DNA of 32,000 nucleotides. Origin: Methanofollis ethanolicus (GTDB lineage: Archaea; Halobacteriota; Methanomicrobia; Methanomicrobiales; Methanofollaceae). The position numbers and the translations under genes were made by a program. This document shows, piece after piece, positions 1-7,632 of the stretch (the first letter of the stretch is position 1; each line of letters begins with the position of its first letter). The notes under the pieces were generated by a model. It saw nothing but the letters and a program-made list of their open reading frames with translations, was not told the DNA's origin and made no database searches. The stretch covers positions 2,177,470 through 2,209,469 of the forward strand of contig NZ_BCNW01000001.1 of NCBI RefSeq assembly GCF_001571385.1, in the 5' to 3' direction.

Positions 1-142
1 TTGCCATCCGCCCCCCATCGCAATGATGGGGGGCGGGGGGTGAAACCCCCCGGACAAGACGCCAGAACAGGATTTTTCAGAACCGAATGTGCGTCCTTTC
101 ATCGGCGTGCATGAAGGTTCGGATCCGTTTTGGGATGACCTC
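1..142 (+). repeat. Composite intergenic element, copy A (right half only, cut by window edge): twin GC hairpins plus right module
   Basis: 1-142 is colinear with 18917-19060. Apart from a ~130-nt insertion it is also colinear with 21455-21719. Hairpin 1 is CCCCCCATC-gcaat-GATGGGGGG (11-33); hairpin 2 is CGGGGGGT-gaa-ACCCCCCG (34-52). The shared tail reads ggatttttcagaacc...tgggatgacctc. Confidence 0.85.
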
Positions 143-195
143 CGGGAGAGGATCGGGCAATCACCTCTCCAGAGACAAAAAATGAAATTTCGGAG

Positions 196-897
196 TTATT
201 TGTACTCGCGCTTCGAGTAACTGTACGTCTCGCTGTCGCCGCCCCGCACGACGATGGCGATCCACTCCCAGAGCGACGTGAGCGTCCCGAACTGCTCGTA
301 CCGGCGCATGTCGAATGCGACGCGGAGTTTCGGGTCGAGGAGCACCGTGCCGACCTTCCGGGTGCGGCGGGCGATCTCCAGGTCGTCGCCGGCGTCGATG
401 CACCGGTACATCCCGACCTGCAGGAAGACATTGCGCCTGAAGGCGGTGTTGCACCCGAGAGTGTAGTAGATAGTGTGCGTCAGGGCGCCGACGCGGGAGA
501 AGAAGTTTGCCAGGGCAAGGGAGATCGCGTTCTTGATCCCCTTCTCCTTCGGGTACACGAGGCCAAAGACCTGCACCGCATCCTGGTGACCGGCAAAGTC
601 CGCCTCTATCCGCTCCAGCCAGTCGGGCGGGATGATGCAGTCCGCGTCGGTCGTGGCGATGATCTCGCCCTTTGCGGCCTTCGCACCGTCGTTACGTGCG
701 CCGCCGACTTTCTTGCTCGTCTGCACGAAGACGAGGTCGGCGTACCTCTCCGCGATCTCCCGCGTTGCATCCTTCGAGTTCCCGTCCACGACGATGATCT
801 CGTACCTTTCGCGCGGCAGAGTCTGGTTGCAGAGAGACTCAAGACAGGAGGCGATGTTCGCCTCCTCATTGTAAGTCGGAACGATAACCGAGATCAT
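196..897 (-). CDS. Family 2 (GT-A) glycosyltransferase
   Basis: 233-aa ORF. N-terminal 'VIVPTYNEE' and 'TDADC' (DxD-type) motifs are typical of GT2 enzymes. Its ATG overlaps the stop of the upstream gene (ATGA, 894-897). Confidence 0.85.
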   Translation of the reverse strand: MISVIVPTYNEEANIASCLESLCNQTLPRERYEIIVVDGNSKDATREIAERYADLVFVQTSKKVGGARNDGAKAAKGEIIATTDADCIIPPDWLERIEADFAGHQDAVQVFGLVYPKEKGIKNAISLALANFFSRVGALTHTIYYTLGCNTAFRRNVFLQVGMYRCIDAGDDLEIARRTRKVGTVLLDPKLRVAFDMRRYEQFGTLTSLWEWIAIVVRGGDSETYSYSKREYK

Positions 898-1874
898 TGA
901 CCAATCAACTCCCTGTAGAGGTTCATATGGAGGTCTGCGACCTCATTGATGTCGAATTTTCCTGAGAATGTTCGTGCAAGGGAAGCGTGCCTCCCGAGCG
1001 CCGCCTCGTCGCCAAAGAGCGTCCCCGCTTCCTCGTTGTCCCCGAAGAAGAGGGCGGCGTCCCCGAAGATCTCGACGAACTCCGGGATCCGCCTGACGAC
1101 GGTCGGCAGGCCGCTTGCCAGGGCCTCCAGCACGACGAGGCCGAAGGTCTCGGCATAGGAGGGCATGAAGAAGATGTCGGCCCCGCAATAGGCGGCGGCG
1201 ATGTCGTCGACAAAACCGGTGAAGGTGACGTTCTTCCCGCACCTCTCCTTCTCCTCCTCGATCCGGCCGTGGTCCTTGGAGAACCTCCCGTACGGATACC
1301 CGCCGACCCAGACGAAGTGAAGGTCCGGGTGGTCGTGCGAGAGGGCGAGGAAGTCGTGGATACCCTTCCGCGGCGTCTGCTGGGCGACCGAGAGCACCAC
1401 CCTCTCGTCCTCGCCGATGCCGTACTTCGCCCTGAATGCCGCCCGCTTCGCCAGGTCTGGCCTGAACCTCTCCCTGTCCACGCCGTTCGGGATGAGGGTG
1501 GTCGGGACGTCGGGGGCGATCTCGTGGACCTCCTCCTCGCAGAGGTGCGAGATGGTGATGATGTGGTCGAATCCCCCGTAAATTTCAGGGTAGAAGTGGT
1601 TCACCGTCTCCGAGAAGGCGAGGTTGCCGGTGTTGAGGCGCGGTGTCGAGTGGGCGGTGAGCACCTTGACGCCGTGGCTGTATTTCTTGTTCGTCAGGGC
1701 GAGGGGGCCGAAGGTGTGGTAGTGGACGAGGTCGAAGTCGCGGCCGCGGGCATTCCAGGAGACCTCCGGGCCGGCCTCTTCCCTCGCGAGGGCGCCGTAC
1801 AGGGTCTTTGCCAGGGTGGCGCACCCGATGTACTTGAAAAAGAGCATGTCCTCGACGAAGAAGTTGACCTTCAT
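894..1874 (-). CDS. GT-B fold glycosyltransferase (GT4/GT1-like)
   Basis: 326-aa ORF. The C-terminal 'ETFGLVVLEALASGLPTV' is the EX7E motif of retaining GT-B glycosyltransferases. It has 4-nt start/stop overlaps with both neighbours. Confidence 0.85.
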   Translation of the reverse strand: MKVNFFVEDMLFFKYIGCATLAKTLYGALAREEAGPEVSWNARGRDFDLVHYHTFGPLALTNKKYSHGVKVLTAHSTPRLNTGNLAFSETVNHFYPEIYGGFDHIITISHLCEEEVHEIAPDVPTTLIPNGVDRERFRPDLAKRAAFRAKYGIGEDERVVLSVAQQTPRKGIHDFLALSHDHPDLHFVWVGGYPYGRFSKDHGRIEEEKERCGKNVTFTGFVDDIAAAYCGADIFFMPSYAETFGLVVLEALASGLPTVVRRIPEFVEIFGDAALFFGDNEEAGTLFGDEAALGRHASLARTFSGKFDINEVADLHMNLYRELIGQ

Positions 1875-3184
1875 GGGTATTCCTTCACGAAATCGATGAC
1901 ATGGCGGATGCAGGCGTCCATATTGATGTACTCGAACTCCGCGAAACGGCCGACGAGGTCGATGCCCCGGCCCCGGCAGTAGTCCCTGACAACCCCGACA
2001 TTCTTCTGGTAGGCGAGGTCGTAGATGACGTACGCGTACCTCTGGCGGTCGACAGAGGCGGAGACGACCTGGTCGCGGGACGCAACGACGCCCATCTTCA
2101 TCAGGCCCTCGATAGTGTGGTCGATGAGGGCCTCGTCGTCCATCAGGGCGGCCTCGTCGCCGTCACGGTAGGTGATCTCGGCGAGGACCGACCCGCACCC
2201 GTCAGGGGCGTTCCCGTCACTGTAGCCCGAGGGGAAGGAGATGCGGTTGAAGAGACCGATCTCCTCCTGCGGGACATAGACCCAGGAGTACGGCGGGATC
2301 CCGCCCTTCAGGCCGAGGCAGATGCAGGCGACAGAGTTGTACGCGAGGGCTTTGCAGGCCTCCGTCACCGTCTCAGGCACGTCCTCCAGGCAGGGGAGGA
2401 GGGCCTGGAGGGGTATGGTGGAGACGCACCTCTCCGCCCTGACCTCCTTTGTGCCGTCGCTGATCACGAAGGCACCGTCCTCCTCTCTCACCGACCTGAC
2501 CGCGAATCCTGTCCTGATAATGTCCTCGACCGGCGCGGCGATCGCCCTGACCAGCGCCTCGATGCCCCCCACCTCGGGGTACGAGAAGACGGCCTGGTGG
2601 GTGTAGCCCTCTGTCTCGATGCCGACCGCCGCCTTGATCACGTCCTCCACCGGCGGCCGGGGGACCCGCCCGTCCACCCAGTGGGTGGACATCTCCTCGG
2701 GCGGGAACTTCCAGATCTTCCGGTTGTACGGGACCATATAGCAGTCGGCGATACCCTCCCCGAAGGTGCGGACGATCCACTCCCTGAAGTTCCGGGGGGC
2801 GGAGAGTTCCCCTTTCTCCGCTTTGATGAGAGTTTTTACGAACTCGTTGATGCAGAGGAAGAGGTCGTCCTTCGGGAGGTCTGCAAGACCATTCTCGAAG
2901 GGGTATTTGACGTATTTCCCCTTGTAGAAGATCTTGGTGTTCCGGTGCCTCTCTGTGCGGTTCTGCCCGAGCACCTCCTTCATAAATGCGAGGGCCCCGG
3001 CGTCCCGGGAGAAGATGATGTGCGATCCGCCTGTGTCAAAGGTGAAGCCGTCGATGGTCTTCGACCGGCAGAGACCTCCGTATTCAGGCTCCGCTTCGAG
3101 AACGACCACATCTTCGCCTCTCTCCCGGAGCAGTCTGGCCAGAGTCACCCCGGTCAGCCCGCCGCCCAGTATCGCCGTTTTCAC
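1871..3184 (-). CDS. FAD-dependent oxidoreductase (amine-oxidase / HemY / UDP-galactopyranose-mutase-like flavoprotein); substrate unknown
   Basis: 437-aa ORF with a GTG start (rc of cac at 3182-3184). N-terminal 'AILGGGLTGVTLARLL...VVLEAEPEYGG' is a dinucleotide-binding fingerprint. It is the first gene of a three-gene overlapping operon with two glycosyltransferases. Confidence 0.7.
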   Translation of the reverse strand: MKTAILGGGLTGVTLARLLRERGEDVVVLEAEPEYGGLCRSKTIDGFTFDTGGSHIIFSRDAGALAFMKEVLGQNRTERHRNTKIFYKGKYVKYPFENGLADLPKDDLFLCINEFVKTLIKAEKGELSAPRNFREWIVRTFGEGIADCYMVPYNRKIWKFPPEEMSTHWVDGRVPRPPVEDVIKAAVGIETEGYTHQAVFSYPEVGGIEALVRAIAAPVEDIIRTGFAVRSVREEDGAFVISDGTKEVRAERCVSTIPLQALLPCLEDVPETVTEACKALAYNSVACICLGLKGGIPPYSWVYVPQEEIGLFNRISFPSGYSDGNAPDGCGSVLAEITYRDGDEAALMDDEALIDHTIEGLMKMGVVASRDQVVSASVDRQRYAYVIYDLAYQKNVGVVRDYCRGRGIDLVGRFAEFEYINMDACIRHVIDFVKEYP

Positions 3185-3320
3185 GCCATAGAGATTCGCG
3201 GTCGGGTGATATATGATTGTTCATAGGGAAGGCGTCGATACAAAGCGGGGCATTTTCTTTCGCATTGCGCCTGTTCCTCCCGGTGCATCCGCACCTGTCT
3301 GTCAGGAAACCGGATGACAC

Positions 3321-3330
3321 TCACTATATT
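3321..3330 (+). promoter_or_regulatory. Putative archaeal TATA box of pyrD (transcript would be leaderless or nearly so)
   Basis: TCACTATATT lies in an otherwise GC-rich spacer, with its TATA core about 26-30 nt upstream of ATG 3356. The identical 10-mer recurs at 7367-7376. Confidence 0.45.
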
Positions 3331-3355
3331 AATCCTGACCCACAATCTCATCAGG

Positions 3356-4246
3356 ATGATTACCCTCAAACCTGGCGATGTCGAGGCGGGCGGCGTCGGC
3401 CTGAGAAACCACCTCATCCTTGCGGCCGGCGTCCTCGGGACGACCGGCGCCTCACTCTCGCGGATGCTCAGGCTCGGTGCCGGCGGCGTGGTCACGAAGT
3501 CCATCGGCCCCGCGCCCAATGCGGGCCACCACGGCCCCTGCCTGATCAGGACGGACTGCGGACTGCTCAATGCGATGGGCCTCCCGAACCCGTCGAAGAA
3601 CTTCGTCGAGGAACTGGAGCCCCTCACGGGCGAACCGGTGGTCGTGAGCATCTTCGGGGGCAACCCCGAGGAGTTCAAGGAGGTCGCCGGGTGGTTCGCC
3701 GGGCAGGCGCAGGCCTTCGAACTGAACGTGAGTTGTCCTCATGCCGAGGGGTATGGGGCGGCGATCGGGACTGACCCGGAGACGGTGCTCGAGTGCACGC
3801 GGGCGGTCGCCTCGTACGGCCTGCCGGTCTGGGTGAAACTCACCCCGAATGTCACCGACATCACGACCATCGGGAAGGCGGCGGAGCAGGGCGGGGCGAG
3901 CGCGATCGTGGCCGTCAACACGGTGCGGGCGATGCGGATCTCCACCGCGATGCGCCGGCCCGTGCTGGGACACAGGTCAGGCGGACTTTCCGGGAAGGCG
4001 ATCTTCCCCGTCGCGGTGAAGTGTGTCTGGGACCTGTACGAGGCCTGCTCCGTCCCGATCATCGGGTGCGGCGGGGTCTCGACGGCGAACGACGTCGTCG
4101 AGATGATGATGGCCGGTGCGCAGGCGGTCGAGATCGGGAGCGCGGTCGTCGACGACGTGCGGGTCTTCGAGCGGATCGGGCGTGACCTCTATGCAAAGGA
4201 CGGCCATGCGGCCGACGAGATCGTGGGGGCGGCGCACCATGACTGA
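3356..4246 (+). CDS. pyrD: Dihydroorotate dehydrogenase, class 1B catalytic subunit
   Basis: Motifs 'NAMGLPN', 'ELNVSCPH' (class-1 catalytic Cys), 'GGLSGKAI' and 'IIGCGGV'. The ORF opens at 3314, but 'MITLKPG...' at 3356 fits the typical ~300-aa length and the upstream TATA box. Confidence 0.92.
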   Translation: MITLKPGDVEAGGVGLRNHLILAAGVLGTTGASLSRMLRLGAGGVVTKSIGPAPNAGHHGPCLIRTDCGLLNAMGLPNPSKNFVEELEPLTGEPVVVSIFGGNPEEFKEVAGWFAGQAQAFELNVSCPHAEGYGAAIGTDPETVLECTRAVASYGLPVWVKLTPNVTDITTIGKAAEQGGASAIVAVNTVRAMRISTAMRRPVLGHRSGGLSGKAIFPVAVKCVWDLYEACSVPIIGCGGVSTANDVVEMMMAGAQAVEIGSAVVDDVRVFERIGRDLYAKDGHAADEIVGAAHHD

Positions 4247-5057
4247 GATCCCCACGATGCCGGTGCCGGTGACGATCAAGGCGATCGTGCAGGAGACCCC
4301 GTCGATCAGGACCTTCTACTTCGACCCGGCCATCCCCTCCTCGCCCGGCCAGTTCGTGATGGTCTGGGTGCCGGGCATCGACGAGATCCCGATGGCCCTC
4401 TCCTCAAGCCACTCGATCACCGTCCAGAAGGTGGGGGACGCCACCGCGGCCCTCTTTACGATGCAGGTCGGCGACCGCCTCGGTATCCGCGGGCCTCTCG
4501 GCAACGGGTTCATCGTGAGCGGGAAGACTCTCGCGATCGGCGGCGGTGTCGGTGCCGCTCCTCTCCTGAACCTTGTCTCGGCAGGACAGGTGAGCACCTT
4601 CCTTCTCGGGGCGCGGACGAAAGACGAACTCCTCTTCGCCCCGCTGATCCGGGCGACGTGCACCCTGCGCATCGCCACCGACGACGGGACGGCCGGCCGC
4701 CACGGTTTTGTCACCGACCTGATGGACGAGACCGACCTTGCCGACTACGACCATATCTGCGTCTGCGGCCCGGAGATCATGATGGTGAAGGTGCTCGACC
4801 GTCTCCAGAAGGCGGACATCGCGGAGCGCGGCCAGTTCTCCCTTCACCGGTACATGAAGTGCGGCATCGGCGTCTGCGGGTCCTGCGCCACCGACCCGCA
4901 CGGTCTGCGGGTCTGCCGGGACGGCCCGGTCTTCACCGGCGACAGTCTCCTCGAAACCGAGTTCGGGAAATATACACGCGACGCCAGCGGCCGCAGGGTC
5001 CACTTCCCGCCGCTCCACCCCGAAACTCCGAAAAAGCCGGAGACGAAGGAAGAATAA
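4239..5057 (+). CDS. pyrK: Dihydroorotate dehydrogenase electron-transfer subunit (FAD / 2Fe-2S)
   Basis: 272 aa starting at 'MTEIPTMPVPVTIKAIV'. Ferredoxin-reductase-like N-terminal half and a C-terminal 'CGIGVCGSCATDPHGLRVCRDGPVF' 2Fe-2S motif. 8-nt overlap with the pyrD stop. Confidence 0.9.
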   Translation: MTEIPTMPVPVTIKAIVQETPSIRTFYFDPAIPSSPGQFVMVWVPGIDEIPMALSSSHSITVQKVGDATAALFTMQVGDRLGIRGPLGNGFIVSGKTLAIGGGVGAAPLLNLVSAGQVSTFLLGARTKDELLFAPLIRATCTLRIATDDGTAGRHGFVTDLMDETDLADYDHICVCGPEIMMVKVLDRLQKADIAERGQFSLHRYMKCGIGVCGSCATDPHGLRVCRDGPVFTGDSLLETEFGKYTRDASGRRVHFPPLHPETPKKPETKEE

Positions 5058-5069
5058 GAGAGCCTCCAC

Positions 5070-5076
5070 TTTTTTT
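5070..5076 (+). terminator. Oligo-T terminator after pyrK
   Basis: A T7 run 13 nt after the pyrK stop. Archaeal RNA polymerase terminates at oligo-T tracts. Confidence 0.55.
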
Positions 5077-5148
5077 GCGGTCCGATAAGTGTCAGAGGAC
5101 GGGCCGATGCCGGGAGTGAATGACCCGGGAGAGGCCCGACTCATTTTC

Positions 5149-5156
5149 AAAAAAAA
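5149..5156 (-). terminator. Oligo-T terminator after mobA (T8 on minus strand)
   Basis: An A8 run on the plus strand, 11 nt beyond the mobA stop, in a convergent intergenic spacer. Confidence 0.55.
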
Positions 5157-5166
5157 GATTCAGGTC

Positions 5167-5787
5167 TCAGTCCTCGACCCTGGCTCCGGTTTTCGCCTCG
5201 AACTGGGCCCTGAACTTCTCCAGGTCGTGGATATGGTTGATGTTTGTGAAAGTGAGGAGGTCAGGGTCCATTTCCCGGAAAGATTCCACATCCATATATC
5301 GTGCGTTGAGACTCCGGATCATCGCCCGCAGGGAGAGGGACTCGTGCTCCCTGAGGTAGTCCATGACCGCCGAACGGCGGTAGACGGCATGGAGGGGTTC
5401 GTACATCTCCTTGTTCCAGAAGGGGATGGCGGCGTCGAAATCGTCGAGACCGTCAAAAAGGGCGTTAATCACCCCGCCGTTGATGCAGGGCATGTCGCAG
5501 GCGACGACAAAGAGTGTCTCGCCGTGCGCCGCAAGGCACCCGGCATGGAGGCCGCCGATGGGGCCGAGACCGGGCCTGAGGTCGGAGATGCAGACGACAT
5601 CCTCGAAGCCGGCAAAACGGGCGCACTGTTCCCTGTTCCGTGCCACGATGACGATCTCGTCGACCACCCCCCTCAGGGTCTCAAGCAGTCGTTCGATGAA
5701 CGTCTTGCCGCAGAACTCGAAGAGATACTTCTCCACGCCGCCGGCACGGCGCCCCTCGCCGCCCACCAGCACGATGCCCGTCCGCAT
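5167..5787 (-). CDS. mobA: Molybdenum cofactor guanylyltransferase
   Basis: 206 aa. N-terminal 'GIVLVGGEGRRAGGVEK' and 'LFVVACDMPCI' motifs match the MobA family. The start lies 1 nt after the panE stop. Confidence 0.85.
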   Translation of the reverse strand: MRTGIVLVGGEGRRAGGVEKYLFEFCGKTFIERLLETLRGVVDEIVIVARNREQCARFAGFEDVVCISDLRPGLGPIGGLHAGCLAAHGETLFVVACDMPCINGGVINALFDGLDDFDAAIPFWNKEMYEPLHAVYRRSAVMDYLREHESLSLRAMIRSLNARYMDVESFREMDPDLLTFTNINHIHDLEKFRAQFEAKTGARVED

Positions 5788-5788
5788 G

Positions 5789-6703
5789 TTACCCCAGAAG
5801 TGACTCGCGGAAGTGCATCAGCTTTGTGATGCAGTCGTTGTACGGGGCAGGTATGCCGTACGTCGCGGCGCGTGCGGCGATCTCGCCGTTCATGAAGTCG
5901 ATCTCGGTCAGGTGCCCGTGTTTGATGTCCTGAAGCATGGAGGCGTGGTGCTCGGCGGTGCTCGGCACCTGGACGTCGTGAAGATAGGCGAGGTAGTCGT
6001 CGGCCGTCTTCCAGGGGACGCGGACCCCTTCCCGCGCCATGACGGCAAAGGCCTCCCTGACGACGTGCTCGATGATCCCCCAGGTCATGGGGTGGATGAG
6101 TTTCCCGTACGGGACGCCCATCAGGGCGCCGAGGGGGTTGAGGGAGGAGTTGTACAGGGTCTTCGCCCAGAGGTCGCCCCTGATGTGGCTGCTCCCCTCG
6201 ACAGGGATGCCTGCCTTCTCAACGAGGGCGACGAGGGCGTCGACCTTCGGGTCGGGGCCGTCGGGGAAGCGGCCGAGTTTCATCGGGCCGCCCACGACCG
6301 AGACATGGACAGAGGCGTCCCCGGCCCACTCGAAACCGGTGATGATCGTGCCGCCGATCACATGGTCGGTGTACGCCGCGATGATCTCCTCGTTCCCGAT
6401 GCCGTTCTGGAGGCTGACCGTCTCGGCGTCCTTGATCACGTCGGCGAACTCCTCGCAGACCGACCGGGTGGCGAGCGACTTGGAGGTGATGAAGATAAAG
6501 TCATAGCGCTCGCCTTCGGGCACGGTCTCGGAAGCGGAGAAATGGAATGTCCCCTCGCCCCAGAGACCGGTCATCCGAAAGCCGCGCTCTGCGATCGCAT
6601 CGGCATGCCGTTGTCTGCAGACGGCATGGACGTCGCAGTGGTCCGAGAGCCTGGCCGCAAGGGAGAGGCCGACTGCACCTGCTCCGAGTATCAGCACTTT
6701 CAT
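5789..6703 (-). CDS. panE: 2-dehydropantoate 2-reductase (ketopantoate reductase, ApbA/PanE family)
   Basis: 304 aa. Rossmann motif 'KVLILGAGAVG', then 'SLQNGIGNEE' and 'ASMLQDIKHGHLTEIDFMNGEI', which are characteristic of the PanE/ApbA family. Confidence 0.85.
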   Translation of the reverse strand: MKVLILGAGAVGLSLAARLSDHCDVHAVCRQRHADAIAERGFRMTGLWGEGTFHFSASETVPEGERYDFIFITSKSLATRSVCEEFADVIKDAETVSLQNGIGNEEIIAAYTDHVIGGTIITGFEWAGDASVHVSVVGGPMKLGRFPDGPDPKVDALVALVEKAGIPVEGSSHIRGDLWAKTLYNSSLNPLGALMGVPYGKLIHPMTWGIIEHVVREAFAVMAREGVRVPWKTADDYLAYLHDVQVPSTAEHHASMLQDIKHGHLTEIDFMNGEIAARAATYGIPAPYNDCITKLMHFRESLLG

Positions 6704-6738
6704 GGAAAAATCACTCCATAGGTTTGCACCGCAGGGGC

Positions 6739-7179
6739 TTAAGATATCCCCCTTCCCGCCTCCATGGCAAGGAGGGCCCGCTTCAGATCAACCGAAGGAG
6801 AGAACCCGCCGATCCCGCCCTTCGCCACAACACGGTGGCAGGGGACGACGAGGGGTGTGGGGTTGGCCCGCATCGCGTTGCCGACGACCCGCGCCGACGT
6901 CCCCACCCGTGCGGCGACCTCCCCGTAGGTCGCCGTCTCCCCGTACGGGACCGCCTGCACCGCCCGGTAGATCCGTGCATAGACGGTGTCCCCCTCGACT
7001 GCCGCGCTCCGGAGGCCGACGAGGGCGGCGGGGTCGCCGGCAAGGTACCGGACAAAGGGGGCCGGCGCCCGTGCCAGGGCAGGCGACCGCCCGAACCGCA
7101 CCTGGAGGACGCGGTCTCCCGACCAGACGACATGGACATGCCAGAGCCCGAAGGGGCAACTTCCTTCCTGCACTCCCAT
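6739..7179 (-). CDS. ogt: Methylated-DNA--protein-cysteine methyltransferase
   Basis: Active site 'PCHRVV' and helix-turn-helix 'TYGEVAARVGTSARVVGNAMRANP'. The start is uncertain. 'MGVQEGSCPFGLW' at 7179 gives a compact 146-aa Ogt. The ORF also has an ATG at 7299, which is preceded by an A-rich TATA-like stretch. Confidence 0.85.
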   Translation of the reverse strand: MGVQEGSCPFGLWHVHVVWSGDRVLQVRFGRSPALARAPAPFVRYLAGDPAALVGLRSAAVEGDTVYARIYRAVQAVPYGETATYGEVAARVGTSARVVGNAMRANPTPLVVPCHRVVAKGGIGGFSPSVDLKRALLAMEAGRGIS

Positions 7180-7366
7180 CCTGCAGGTGGGTTTTGCGTC
7201 GTGAAAGAAAAGGGTGGTGGTGGGGACTCGGGAGAGAATGATATGCACCGGTGATAGCGTGCGGGGTTGGGTAACTCTGACCCGTCCCCTTCCTGTCATG
7301 TCGCCGCTGCTTTTTCATTTTCGGCCTTACGTCGTATCAAGCATACCTACGCCCATTTCTCCCTCA

Positions 7367-7376
7367 TCACTATATT
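7367..7376 (+). promoter_or_regulatory. Orphan TATA-like box identical to the pyrD promoter 10-mer
   Basis: TCACTATATT is identical to 3321-3330. No plus-strand CDS follows it. Downstream lie a GC hairpin (7428-7448) and a T5 run (7480-7484). Confidence 0.3.
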
Positions 7377-7404
7377 CTCCATCTGAGGAGAGGGAACCAT
7401 CTCA

Positions 7405-7450
7405 CCTCTATCCTAATGGTGGGGGGACCGGGGGGTGAAACCCCCCGGGG
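7405..7450 (+). repeat. Partial copy of the twin-hairpin module (hairpin 2 intact)
   Basis: 'atcctaatggtggggggaccggggggtgaaaccccccgg' matches 'atcgcaatgatggggggaccggggggtgaaaccccccgg' at 18933-18971. The hairpin is CCGGGGGGT-gaa-ACCCCCCGG at 7428-7448. Confidence 0.8.
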
Positions 7451-7486
7451 GGGTGCGTAGATCCACGGCCTTCCCCATATTTTTCA

Positions 7487-7625
7487 CCGGGGCAAAAGTC
7501 CCCCGGCGCGTGACACCGATCAACCGCCTTCCACCCCTATCCTGAGCAGGGAACCGGGGCAACGAGCGACAGCGAGTTCAAGAAAATCTCTGATTTTCGG
7601 CGTAGTCCCCCAGCACAGGAATCCT
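7487..7625 (-). repeat. Inverted mosaic copy of the middle modules of the composite element (empty G5ACT hairpin, filled G5ACT hairpin, 'caggatagg' module)
   Basis: The reverse complement of 7530-7625 aligns with 21349-21430 (ggggact.acgccgaaaatcagagattttct.ga.ct...caggatagggt). 7487-7506 read in reverse complement is ccgggggacttttgccccgg. Confidence 0.75.
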
Positions 7626-7632
7626 CGGCCCT

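Noticed and set aside
99-431. Small ORFs touching the repeat right module: 99-431 (-), whose 3' end runs into it, and 21688-22368 (+), which starts at its atgaaggttcgg
   Set aside because: They lie partly in non-coding repeat sequence and run antisense into well-supported genes.
987-3226. Plus-strand ORFs 987-1982 and 1901-3226 opposite the GT4 and flavoprotein genes
   Set aside because: They are antisense artefacts. The minus-strand products carry the EX7E and dinucleotide-binding motifs and are translationally coupled.
6739-7299. Full 186-aa version of the ogt ORF
   Set aside because: It is not fully rejected. However, the extra 40 N-terminal residues (MTGRGRVRVTQPRTLSPVHIILSRV...) are Arg-rich and not Ogt-like, so I annotated the shorter start and flagged the uncertainty.
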